DNA of 42,149 nt. It comes from Candidatus Woesearchaeota archaeon (GTDB taxonomy: Archaea; Nanobdellota; Nanobdellia; Woesearchaeales; WJKR01). Shown here piece after piece: positions 24,105 through 32,253 of this stretch. Location of the stretch: the NCBI GenBank assembly GCA_014729015.1, contig WJKR01000009.1:1-42149 (forward strand). Reading direction: 5' to 3'. A program made the translations under genes and the position numbers. A model generated the notes under the pieces. It was not told the DNA's origin. It did not search any database and saw only the letters and a program-made list of their open reading frames with translations. The first letter of the stretch is position 1, and every line of letters begins with the position of its first letter.

Positions 24105-24812
24105 ATGCGTGCGTTGTACATGGATGACGCGTATCTCAAGGAATTCGATGCGGTGGTCAAGAGCGTCAAGGATGACAAGTACGTGGTGTTGGACAACACG
24201 GCGTTCTATCCGAACGGCGGCGGGCAGCCTTTTGATACGGGGAAATTGGTGAAGGACGGTGTCGCGTACCCGGTCGATTATGTGGGGAAGTTCGACGGCG
24301 ATATCAGCCATGAAGTTAGCGAACCTGGCTTGCAGGTCGGTGACGAGGTGCGTGGCGCCATCGATTGGGATCGCCGTTACAGGTTGATGCGTGCGCACAC
24401 CGCTGCCCATGTCGTCTCGGCGGTGTTCTATCATGATTTCAACTGCAGGATTACTGGTAACCAGTTGTCCGAGGAGAAGATAAGGATTGATTTCGACCTG
24501 GATGGTTTTGATAGGGGCGCGTTGCAGTCTTCTATTGATAAGGTGAACAACATTCTTGCGCAAAACTTGCCGGTGACCGTCACGTATTTGTCTCGCGAGC
24601 AGGCGTTGCAGGACTCGTCGTTGGTGAAGCTTGCGGGGGTGTTGCCGCCGGCGGTGCAGGAACTGCGTATTGTTGCTGTGGGTGGTGTGGATCGGCAAGC
24701 TGATGGCGGCACGCACGTCCGCAACACGTCCGAGGTCGGTCCTTTGGAGTTGTTGAAGGTGGAGAATAAGGGTAAGCGTAATCGTCGGGTGTATGTGCGC
24801 TTGTCGGAGTAG
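24105..24812 (+). CDS. alaX: alanyl-tRNA editing protein AlaX (AlaX-M type)
   Basis: 235 aa. YMDDAYLKEFDAVV, NTAFYPNGGGQPFD, MRAHTAAHVV (HxxxH) and GGTHVRNTSEVG. An alternative ATG lies at 24099. Confidence 0.85.
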   Translation: MRALYMDDAYLKEFDAVVKSVKDDKYVVLDNTAFYPNGGGQPFDTGKLVKDGVAYPVDYVGKFDGDISHEVSEPGLQVGDEVRGAIDWDRRYRLMRAHTAAHVVSAVFYHDFNCRITGNQLSEEKIRIDFDLDGFDRGALQSSIDKVNNILAQNLPVTVTYLSREQALQDSSLVKLAGVLPPAVQELRIVAVGGVDRQADGGTHVRNTSEVGPLELLKVENKGKRNRRVYVRLSE

Positions 24813-24865
24813 TTGTTGTTGGTGGGTGTTGTTTCCGTCTTTTAGTTGCGGTGTGTGGTTGCGGG

Positions 24866-24872
24866 TTTTTTT
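24866..24872 (+). terminator. oligo-T tract downstream of alaX
   Basis: GCGGG-TTTTTTT lies 54 nt after the alaX stop. It is preceded by a direct GTTGCGG repeat. Confidence 0.35.
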
Positions 24873-24963
24873 GTGGTTCGGGAAAACAAAAAAACAGTTT
24901 ACTCTTCACTATTCTAGTATATATAATCGTATCTTATTATACGGTTTACAGAAAAATATTTAA

Positions 24964-25491
24964 ATGAGTTCGTCACATAAAGGGATTGCGGAAGAAAAAA
25001 CAGGTGAAACCAGCATGACCTACGTCGCACAGATGCAGTCTATGGGCGTCATCCAACCACAAAAAGTGCAGGAACGCTACGGCATCAGTGCGGAATCCTT
25101 CAACGACATCCAGCAACACATCAACCAGCACAAGCAACAAGCAAAAGACGTCGCTCAAGGACAAGTCACCCTGGAACAATCAGAGATCCTCACCAAGCTC
25201 AAAGAAGCGCTCAAGCACCAAGCCACGCAGTTCGAGCGCTACCGCCAAATCACCGAACAGAAATTCACCACCCTCTCCAAAGAGCTCCTCGACGTCACCA
25301 TGCAATGCAAGCAGCTGCAGCACGCCGTCACCCAGATAAAAGACAAGGAAGACATCACCGCGGCCAGGGAAGCATTGCACCGCTACCAGCAAGGCGACAA
25401 GCCACCCGGAGGAGAACCCATCGACCGCAACGGCATCGCACCGAAAGACGTCCAGCTCGAGAGCATCTTCAACTTCTCAGCACGCAAATAA
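24964..25491 (+). CDS. hypothetical Gln-rich coiled-coil protein
   Basis: 175 aa. Helical Q/K/E-rich core and a conserved-looking C-terminus PIDRNGIAPKDVQLESIFNFS. No domain recognised. Confidence 0.55.
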   Translation: MSSSHKGIAEEKTGETSMTYVAQMQSMGVIQPQKVQERYGISAESFNDIQQHINQHKQQAKDVAQGQVTLEQSEILTKLKEALKHQATQFERYRQITEQKFTTLSKELLDVTMQCKQLQHAVTQIKDKEDITAAREALHRYQQGDKPPGGEPIDRNGIAPKDVQLESIFNFSARK

Positions 25492-25563
25492 GGTTTGAAC
25501 GCATGCTCCCACTGGACAACCATGGCCCGAGCATTCTTAAACCGTGCATCGTTCCCCCATAGC

Positions 25564-26307
25564 ATGCTACGGAACACGTTCATCCACCTGCCCGGCATCG
25601 GCGCGCAGCAAGAGCGCTCATTACAGGCAGCAGGCATCACCGACTGGCACGCCTTCCTCCAACGAAAGCGCATCAAAGGCTTCAGCAAGGAGCGACTGGC
25701 GTTCTGCAAGCAATTGTTGCGGGCATCCCACGACGCGCTGGTGGCTGAAGACGCCGTCTTCTTCGCCTCCTTGCTCCCATCGGCCGAGCACTGGCGATCA
25801 TTCGAAGCGTTCAAGGACCACGCCGCGTACCTGGACATCGAGATCAGCCGATACCAGGAAGTCACCGTCGTTACCATCACCGACGGCGTGCAGACCAAGA
25901 CGCTCGTGAGAGGCGTGAACCTGCGCAAAGAGGAATTGGAACGCGCATTGCGCGGCGTGAAGCTCATCGTGACGTACAACGGCGCCGCATTCGACATCCC
26001 ACGGTTGCAGCGAGCCTTCGGTTGGCGGTGGAAAGGACTGCACGTCGACCTGAAAACCATCGCCCGCCGGCTCGGCTACGCCGGCGGCCTGAAGGAGATA
26101 GAGAAGCAGTTCGGGCTGACACGCGACTACGAGGAGAAGCTACACATACAGCTGAAGGGTGGCGACCCATCCTTGCTCTACAGGATGTGGCGCGGTTCCG
26201 GTGACGAGCACTACCTGCAATTGTTGTTGGCATACAACGAGGCCGACGCGTACCACTTGTTCCTGCTCAGCCAGAAGTTGCTTCGCGCCAAGGCGCTGGT
26301 CTCCTGA
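25564..26307 (+). CDS. RNase-H-fold 3'-5' exonuclease (YprB/COG3359-like) with an N-terminal HhH
   Basis: 247 aa from the ATG at 25564, with TTCTTAAA ending 22 nt upstream. HLPGIGAQQERSLQAAGI (HhH), YLDIEIS (DxE), YNGAAFDIPRL and YNEADAYHL. Confidence 0.7.
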   Translation: MLRNTFIHLPGIGAQQERSLQAAGITDWHAFLQRKRIKGFSKERLAFCKQLLRASHDALVAEDAVFFASLLPSAEHWRSFEAFKDHAAYLDIEISRYQEVTVVTITDGVQTKTLVRGVNLRKEELERALRGVKLIVTYNGAAFDIPRLQRAFGWRWKGLHVDLKTIARRLGYAGGLKEIEKQFGLTRDYEEKLHIQLKGGDPSLLYRMWRGSGDEHYLQLLLAYNEADAYHLFLLSQKLLRAKALVS

Positions 26308-26387
26308 AACCTGCGACGACGCGGATATACCCGGCCGGGTTGCGGAAACAGTTAACTATAATAATCACCGCTTCCAGTGATGTCCGT

Positions 26388-26678
26388 ATGAGGTTCGGCG
26401 AGCTCGCTGAGAAGCATTTGTCCGTCCTCATCTTGCCGGCTGTCATCATCCTCTACAGCCTGGTCAGGGTGTGGACCGCTACGGAGGACTTCGTCGCCAT
26501 GGCGTTCAGCGCATGGGTATGGGTGTCCCTGCTCGCGCTGGGACTGGCAGGAATCTTCTTGGTACTGAACTGGTACTGGTTTAGGATGAGGATGAAGTGG
26601 TGGGGGAACTTCCTCGTCTCGGTAGGGCTGATACTGCTGTCATTGGGAATATTATTGGCAGCCGCAAGGATTCAGTAA
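26388..26678 (+). CDS. small three-TM membrane protein
   Basis: 96 aa from the ATG at 26388, with TATAATAA ending 23 nt upstream. Three hydrophobic helices. Confidence 0.5.
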   Translation: MRFGELAEKHLSVLILPAVIILYSLVRVWTATEDFVAMAFSAWVWVSLLALGLAGIFLVLNWYWFRMRMKWWGNFLVSVGLILLSLGILLAAARIQ

Positions 26679-27238
26679 TCAATCCCTTTCCTGCCGAGAA
26701 TGCCTTTGTTGTAGGGGTGTTCGTGCGCTTTCATCTCCGTCACGTAATCACCGATACTCATGATCTCTTTCGGCGCATACCTGCCTGTCAATACGAGTTC
26801 CATGTTCGCAGGCTTGCTCTTGACCAATTCAATGACCTCGGCGACGGAAACATGACGCAGCTGCAACGCGACGTTCACCTCATCCAGAATCATAACATCG
26901 GTCTGTCCTTCTGCCATCAGCGCTTTCGCCCTTTCCAGTCCGCGCAACGCCCGTTCACAGTCCGCCTCGTCAGGACTGAAATCCTCGTACGAAGGCTCGT
27001 CCTTCGACCCCTTCCCGAACTGCTCGATAGAGAACTTTCCACTAAAACGATCTGGCGCCAACAACTCGCCGATGTACAATCCTCCCTTCAGGAACTGTAC
27101 CATGGACACGTTCAAGCCATGCTCAAGAGCGCGCATCGCGAGCCCTAACGCCGCCGTAGTCTTACCCTTGCCGTTGCCCGTGTAGACATGCACGAGCCCG
27201 AGCTTCTCCCGGAGCGCATCCAGGTTGTCCGCAGTCAT
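26672..27238 (-). CDS. cobO: cob(I)alamin (corrinoid) adenosyltransferase, CobA/CobO/BtuR family
   Basis: VYTGNGKGKTTAALGLAMRALEHG (P-loop), ILDEVN, LVLTGR and MKAHEHPY. The ATG at 27238 follows the RNR stop by 2 nt. An alternative in-frame ATG lies at 27253. Confidence 0.9.
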   Translation of the reverse strand: MTADNLDALREKLGLVHVYTGNGKGKTTAALGLAMRALEHGLNVSMVQFLKGGLYIGELLAPDRFSGKFSIEQFGKGSKDEPSYEDFSPDEADCERALRGLERAKALMAEGQTDVMILDEVNVALQLRHVSVAEVIELVKSKPANMELVLTGRYAPKEIMSIGDYVTEMKAHEHPYNKGILGRKGIDY

Positions 27239-27240
27239 GT

Positions 27241-29268
27241 TCAAAGCATGCATTTGTCCGAGTCGCAATACTTGTCCGTCACTTCGTGTTCTGCTTCCGT
27301 GAACGCCTCGATAGGTTTGACGTTGCCGCTTAACTCTTCATATACTTCCTTGCTGATCGGGATGTACGGCGCCTGCTCATAGCCGTGATCCTTCCGCGGC
27401 AGGAAGCTGACGCCCTTCAGCCTACTCTCATAGAGTTCCAGCGCTTCCTTGATATTCTTCCCTTCTTCTTCCGAGAATGTGACGGTGACGGAGACCTGGT
27501 TGTCCGCCCAGTGCTCCTGTATCTGCGCGGCGTTCTCCAATTGCTCCCACATCGGCACCTTGTCCACGCTGCGGTCGAAGTACTCTTCCTTGACTGGGAA
27601 GCTGACGACCCACGTGTTCAATGAGTACTTGTCCTTCTCGCACTTGTATCCTGCTGCGCGCAACTGGTCGAGGAGCTTGCTGCCTTCCTGGAAGCGGATG
27701 TTCCTGATATAGTACTGCGCGACCGGGTAGTGGATGCCCGGCGTCACCCCGGCCAGCAAGGACACGGTGCCGCTCGGCTTGATACTCGTCGTTTTGATGG
27801 ATCGGGGCACGCACAGCCATTCCGAGTACACCTTGTCGTAGTGCTGTATTTTCTCGTACCCCTTGTTACACGCGTCCAGCACTTGCCGCCTGCCGAACTT
27901 GGTGAACGCTTGTGTGATACCGGACATGCTGCACCCGATACGCCGGTTGCGGAGCATGACCGCGTTGGTCAGCTTGTTGTGCGTCGGTACGAGCGTGACG
28001 GTCTTCGCGTACAGGTACGCGTACTTCAGCGTCTCCACCCATTCTTCCGTTGTGTCATGATTGGAGGGATACGTCTCCACCAAGCAGCACAGCTCGTACG
28101 GTTCGAGGGTCTGTTCCAGGCATGGATTGCCGCCCATGGCACGGATGTCCTTGTAGTCGGGCTTGCGGCCCATGCGCGAGAATTTCTGCGCGTTGTCCAG
28201 CCACATGTAGCCTGGCTCGCCGTTCTTCGCTGTCCGCTCCGCGACGTCGGTGTAGTCCATGCCGACGTGTGCGAAGACGCTGTTGTTGCTGGCCCACCGG
28301 TGGTGCATGAGCGCCTCTCGGTGCTGCTCAGGGTCCTTGAGCGACATGAATTCCTTGTCGTCGTGCTCGCCGAACATGATCTCTGCCGTCCTGCGCACGC
28401 CTCCTGAGACGACGCATCGGCCGACGAGGTTAAAGACGTCCACGATGTCGCCTGACGTGATCTTCTGCCCTATCCGCTGGTCGAGGATGTCTTTGATGCT
28501 GTCGACCATCTCGATGAGCGGTCCTGGTCCTGAGGCGACGCCGCCGAAGCTCTTGATGGGTGCGCCCATCGGCCTGACCTGGTCGTAACTGATTTTGGCA
28601 GGCATCTTGCCTTCGCTGGAATACGCGTTGAGTACGGTCCGCAGCAGCTCGATCCATCCTTCCCTGCTGTCTTCCACGACGAAGAGCTTGTCCTCTATCT
28701 CTGGTTTCTGGATGGTGATCTTCCCGGTCCCTTTGGTGTCGCCGCCGACGCCGACGCCGAGCATGCTCATGTCCATGAGGAAGCAGAATGGCTCTGCGAA
28801 GTTGATGTGGATGTGCTCTGTCGAGCAGAACGCGCAGTTGTTCAGCGCTGCGCCGCCTCTCCTGTACATGTAGTCGGTGCCCATCATCCACAACCCCCTG
28901 CCCGGGGGGGTGAACTTGAATTCCCACATGAGCTCGAACATCCTCTGCGCGCTTTTTTGCGCTTTTTCCTCGAACCAGGGGAGTTGGTTGACCATGCAAT
29001 GGTTTTTCTGGATGGTGAAGACTCCTTCGACGACTCGCTTCACGGTCTGCCAGTATTCTTCCATGTCGCCGTCCGCAATCGATCGCGCGTAGCTTCGTTT
29101 GTACGTGACGTAGCCGATGGGCCCCCACTTCGGTTGTTTGCTCTTGTACTGGTTCGTAAAGCTTTCGTGGAGCGTGAAGAACACGCTTTGCGGCGCTGTC
29201 TTGTCTTGGTACTTGCTGGCGTTGACGCCGTAGTCGATCATGGTTCGCTGTTCCCGTACGTCTGTCAT
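27241..29268 (-). CDS. nrdJ: adenosylcobalamin-dependent ribonucleotide reductase, monomeric RTPR-like class II
   Basis: Active-site GGNPCLEQTLEPYELCCL (N-x-C-x-E), KPSGTVS, and a C-terminal CDSDKC redox pair as in Lactobacillus-type RTPR. The ATG at 29268 has GGTGA 8 nt upstream. The longer track start at 29307 would overlap nrdR by 17 nt. Confidence 0.85.
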   Translation of the reverse strand: MTDVREQRTMIDYGVNASKYQDKTAPQSVFFTLHESFTNQYKSKQPKWGPIGYVTYKRSYARSIADGDMEEYWQTVKRVVEGVFTIQKNHCMVNQLPWFEEKAQKSAQRMFELMWEFKFTPPGRGLWMMGTDYMYRRGGAALNNCAFCSTEHIHINFAEPFCFLMDMSMLGVGVGGDTKGTGKITIQKPEIEDKLFVVEDSREGWIELLRTVLNAYSSEGKMPAKISYDQVRPMGAPIKSFGGVASGPGPLIEMVDSIKDILDQRIGQKITSGDIVDVFNLVGRCVVSGGVRRTAEIMFGEHDDKEFMSLKDPEQHREALMHHRWASNNSVFAHVGMDYTDVAERTAKNGEPGYMWLDNAQKFSRMGRKPDYKDIRAMGGNPCLEQTLEPYELCCLVETYPSNHDTTEEWVETLKYAYLYAKTVTLVPTHNKLTNAVMLRNRRIGCSMSGITQAFTKFGRRQVLDACNKGYEKIQHYDKVYSEWLCVPRSIKTTSIKPSGTVSLLAGVTPGIHYPVAQYYIRNIRFQEGSKLLDQLRAAGYKCEKDKYSLNTWVVSFPVKEEYFDRSVDKVPMWEQLENAAQIQEHWADNQVSVTVTFSEEEGKNIKEALELYESRLKGVSFLPRKDHGYEQAPYIPISKEVYEELSGNVKPIEAFTEAEHEVTDKYCDSDKCML

Positions 29269-29290
29269 GTCGTTGTTCACCTTTGCTTGT

Positions 29291-29761
29291 TCATTCTGTG
29301 AGAGCATTTTCTTTGTTCTCGTTCACGAGCTGTTTGAGCTCGTCATGGAACGAGCTGAGGTCTTCGAAGTCACGGTACACTGACGCGAACCTGAGGTATG
29401 CGATGTTGTCGATCTTCTTGAGTCGTCGCATGACCATCTCGCCGATGTGCGTGCTTTTGACCTCGTTCTTCTTGTGGTTGAGGAGTTTGGTCTCTATCTC
29501 TTCCGTGGTTTTTTTGAGTTGTTCGAGCGTGACCGGCCGCTTCTCGCATGCGCGCATCATGCCGTCCAGTATTTTTTCTTTGTCGAATGCTTCCTTGCTG
29601 CCGTTCTTCTTGATGACGAAGATGTTGGTGAGCTCTATTTCCTCGTACGTGGTGTACCGCTTGCCGCATTTGAGGCATTCTCTTCTGCGGCGCGTGGTGT
29701 TCTCTGTCTCGCGTGTCTCTAACACTTTTGATTCCGTGTATTTGCAGTAGGGGCAGCGCAT
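29291..29761 (-). CDS. nrdR: transcriptional repressor NrdR (Zn-ribbon + ATP-cone)
   Basis: 156 aa. MRCPYCKYTESKVLETRE...RRRECLKCGKRYTTYE is the NrdR zinc ribbon. It is followed by ATP-cone VIKKNGSKEAFDKEKI...IAYLRFASVYRDF. Confidence 0.9.
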   Translation of the reverse strand: MRCPYCKYTESKVLETRETENTTRRRRECLKCGKRYTTYEEIELTNIFVIKKNGSKEAFDKEKILDGMMRACEKRPVTLEQLKKTTEEIETKLLNHKKNEVKSTHIGEMVMRRLKKIDNIAYLRFASVYRDFEDLSSFHDELKQLVNENKENALTE

Positions 29762-29792
29762 GTTTTTGCACCGTTTTTGTCGTTGGTCAGTG

Positions 29793-29808
29793 ATACTATG
29801 AGTAGTGT
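29793..29808. promoter_or_regulatory. NrdR box (proximal)
   Basis: ATACTATGAGTAGTGT, a 16-bp imperfect palindrome close to the bacterial NrdR-box pattern ACACwAtATaTwGTGT. Confidence 0.65.
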
Positions 29809-29824
29809 TGTTGTTTCATCTCAA

Positions 29825-29840
29825 ACACTATATCTAGTGT
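29825..29840. promoter_or_regulatory. NrdR box (distal, overlapping the predicted transcription start)
   Basis: ACACTATATCTAGTGT with perfect ACACTA/TAGTGT arms, offset 32 bp from the proximal box. The TTTATAAATA box at 29860-29869 places the reverse-strand start site at about 29835. Confidence 0.7.
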
Positions 29841-30062
29841 TTCTTAACATGGGTGCTCCTTTATAAATATTGTTGGATTTGAGTGGGGAGTTCAGAACAT
29901 ATACGATTTTTTTATGCGTATTTTGATAGTTATGCTGCACAATTATTTTCTCTAGATAACAATGGTGTTTCTTCGTCTGGCCCGCGTTTCTTTGCCAAAA
30001 ACTTCTGCGTATGCGCAAAAAGCAATTCTTATAAATGCTGCTCATGTATCGTTTTTATCACC

Positions 30063-30860
30063 ATGGGTGGACAACAGGAACGGGCCAGGGCGCTCTTGCA
30101 AGGCTTGACCAAGAAGCGACACATCATCTTCGTAGAGAAAGGGAACGCGGCGATCAAGCAAGCGTTGCGCCTCGCCAAAGAGCGAGGAAGGACGGCGTTG
30201 TTGATCCCTGACCAAGGGGGATGGCTGACGTATCCGCGGTTCGGGAAGCAGCTAGGGTTCACAGTGAAGGAAATCCTGACCGATCGTAGTTATATTACAC
30301 CAGAAATGATACAAGGCGATGCTACGACTGTATTATTATTGAACTCCATGCCTGCTTATGCGTTCACTATTCCTGTTGCTGACATCGCAAAAAAATGCGA
30401 AGAGAAAAACGTTCTCTTCATCAATGATGTTTCCGCGACGATCGGCGCGCCAGAAGCAACCTATGGTGACATCATCATCGGCAGCTGCAATCGATGGAAG
30501 CCGTTGCCGTTGGGAAAAGGAGGATTCATCGCGACCGATTATTTTTTAGAACAAGAGGAACCGTCATTAGATTATGCAAAACTTGTTCAGTTATTGGAAA
30601 CGTTGCCTGAACGATGCACGAAAGCATTCCATGCAGCCAACAAGCTCAAATTATTTTTAGAAAAGTATGATATTATTCGTTCCGACCATAAGGGTTACAA
30701 TGTCATCGTCGCTTGCAAGGAGGAAGAGAAGGAAAGATTAATAAACTTGGTCAAAGACTTCGATGCATCAATAGAGCATACTGATTGCCCACGGTATATC
30801 CGTGTTTTGGAACCAGGAATCAGTTTCGAGATTAAGAGAAGATTCAACGATGGTGTGTAA
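30063..30860 (+). CDS. short PLP-dependent-transferase-fold protein (DegT / class V aminotransferase-like), function unresolved
   Basis: 265 aa from the ATG at 30063, with CTTATAAA ending 27 nt upstream. FINDVSATIGAPEATYGDIIIGSCNRWKPLPLGKGGFIATD resembles the PLP-lysine region of fold-type I enzymes. Confidence 0.5.
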   Translation: MGGQQERARALLQGLTKKRHIIFVEKGNAAIKQALRLAKERGRTALLIPDQGGWLTYPRFGKQLGFTVKEILTDRSYITPEMIQGDATTVLLLNSMPAYAFTIPVADIAKKCEEKNVLFINDVSATIGAPEATYGDIIIGSCNRWKPLPLGKGGFIATDYFLEQEEPSLDYAKLVQLLETLPERCTKAFHAANKLKLFLEKYDIIRSDHKGYNVIVACKEEEKERLINLVKDFDASIEHTDCPRYIRVLEPGISFEIKRRFNDGV

Positions 30861-30862
30861 CG

Positions 30863-31279
30863 ATGGACTGCAAAGAACCAGAATCAATGGATGAACTCAT
30901 CTACTTTTCCCGAAGAACGTTAGAGCCTAAAGGCAAAGCTATGGCGTGGGCGTACAAGCAGGAGTGTCCGAAGTGTAAAAAGGCGTTGATGGGCAAGCCG
31001 GTGGAGAAAGGCAAGATCAAGATACGGGCAACCGAGTATGTCTGTCCTGCGTGCGGCTATGCCAAGCCAAAACTTGAGCACGAGAAGGAACTCGTGATGT
31101 GTATCAAATATATGTGTCCGAAATGTGATCATGAAGGTGTGGGTACTACTGGCTATCCGATGAAGACGTATCAGGGCGTCAAGGCTCGTGTTGTGCAGTG
31201 CGAGGCGTGCGGCGAGAAGATTGCCATCACGAAGAAGATGAAGGATCCGAAGAAGAAAGGCGCCGTGGATGACGATTAA
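30863..31279 (+). CDS. double zinc-ribbon protein
   Basis: 138 aa. Two CxxC...CxxC pairs (CPKC..CPAC and CPKC..CEAC) and a basic C-terminus. It starts 2 nt after the previous stop. Confidence 0.6.
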   Translation: MDCKEPESMDELIYFSRRTLEPKGKAMAWAYKQECPKCKKALMGKPVEKGKIKIRATEYVCPACGYAKPKLEHEKELVMCIKYMCPKCDHEGVGTTGYPMKTYQGVKARVVQCEACGEKIAITKKMKDPKKKGAVDDD

Positions 31280-31481
31280 TATTTTTTGAGATAGTTCTTT
31301 GGTTTGAACTCTCTAACCTTGCCTTTTTTTGCCTGCCTAAGCGAGCGAAGCATACTTTTGAGAAACTCGTTTTGTTCTTTGATGTCTTCTTTCATTGTTT
31401 TTCCTCTAGCGTAAAGTCTGTCATTTCCTTTGCGATTGCTTTACAGAGCTTTTCTCTTTCCTTAACCAGTTCTTCTTTCAT
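31276..31481 (-). other. two overlapping mini-ORFs (29 and 39 aa) downstream of the toxin remnant, possibly a decayed antitoxin
   Basis: MKEELVKEREKLCKAIAKEMTDFTLEEKQ (31392-31481) and MKEDIKEQNEFLKSMLRSLRQAKKGKVREFKPKNYLKKY (31276-31395) are joined by an ATGA overlap. The region is AT-rich. Confidence 0.25.
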
Positions 31482-31757
31482 CGTTATGTTGTGGTGTTTT
31501 GTCGCTTATATTATTTGTCCTTTCGTTTAAAAATAATATGATGTTATCGATTTCTTTCCTAATGTATGTGATGGTCTTCTCTTGGTCTTTCCTTGTTTTA
31601 GTTCTCTAAACCATGTTCTACCAAGTGGTTTTCCTTTGTTGAATGGGTTTTGTCGTACTTCTTCGAGTTGTTTTATGAATCTTTTTCGGATATGAACAGG
31701 GAGTTTGTTGAATTGCTTGGTGAATTCAGGTGTTTCGATAATGGTATATTTTTGCAT
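31462..31757 (-). pseudogene. RelE/ParE-superfamily toxin remnant with a frameshift
   Basis: Frame 1 reads MQKYTIIETPEFTKQFNKLPVHIRKRFIKQLEEVRQNPFNKGKPLGRTWFRELKQGK (a typical RelE-like N-half) and then degenerates. The expected C-half (KTITYIRKEIDNIILFLNERTNN, compare YRIIYEI.KE.NIIyLL) is in another frame after an A-rich stretch. Confidence 0.5.
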
Positions 31758-31875
31758 TATCTGTTGTTGTTTATTTAAGGGGCTTTTTGGTTGTTTTTCA
31801 AATACTGTTCGTTTTTGTCAGAAATCATTTTACGACGACTAAACCTTTTTAAACAACGGTGACTTCTTGGCTCGT

Positions 31876-32253
31876 ATGGTTGAGTATTTCCCGAACCCTG
31901 AGGATGACGAATCACAGCAGGAAAAGAACAGGGAGTTCGAGGAGATCCATGCATCTGACAAGGACGTGACCTGGACACAGGACCCGAAGAGTTACATCAC
32001 CATCATGCCGTATCCCCGCAAGCAGAAGATCATGGCGAGGATCTATTCTGTCAAGAACGAGAAGCTGTACCTCATCGACGGCGACACGCCAAAGCAAGTG
32101 TATTACAAGATCATCGCCATGGGTCTCGTCACCAGGATGGAGCACGCAGCGTATCTGGGGAAGGAGCTGCAGAAAGCGTACGTCGCATTAAAGCATGGCT
32201 TGTATTTCAACCAGGATGACGAGCTGGACTTCAACAAGAAGATCAAGGATTAG
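31876..32253 (+). CDS. DUF4346-like domain protein
   Basis: 125 aa from the ATG at 31876, with TTTTTAAA ending 22 nt upstream. DPKSYITI...IIAMGLVTRMEHAAYLGKELQKAYVALKHGLYFNQDDEL resembles the DUF4346 pattern (HAaYLGrEL.kAe.al..g..Y.QD) as I recall it. Confidence 0.45.
   Translation: MVEYFPNPEDDESQQEKNREFEEIHASDKDVTWTQDPKSYITIMPYPRKQKIMARIYSVKNEKLYLIDGDTPKQVYYKIIAMGLVTRMEHAAYLGKELQKAYVALKHGLYFNQDDELDFNKKIKD

Noticed and set aside
29883-30062. 60-codon N-terminal extension of the PLP-fold ORF
   Set aside because: AT-rich, Cys/Phe-rich sequence that contains the gene's own TATA box (30028-30035). The ATG at 30063 fits the leaderless spacing.
31775-31978. 67-aa minus-strand ORF
   Set aside because: It overlaps the promoter and 5' end of the DUF4346-like gene. 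The product is Pro/Arg/Ser-rich and has no start context.
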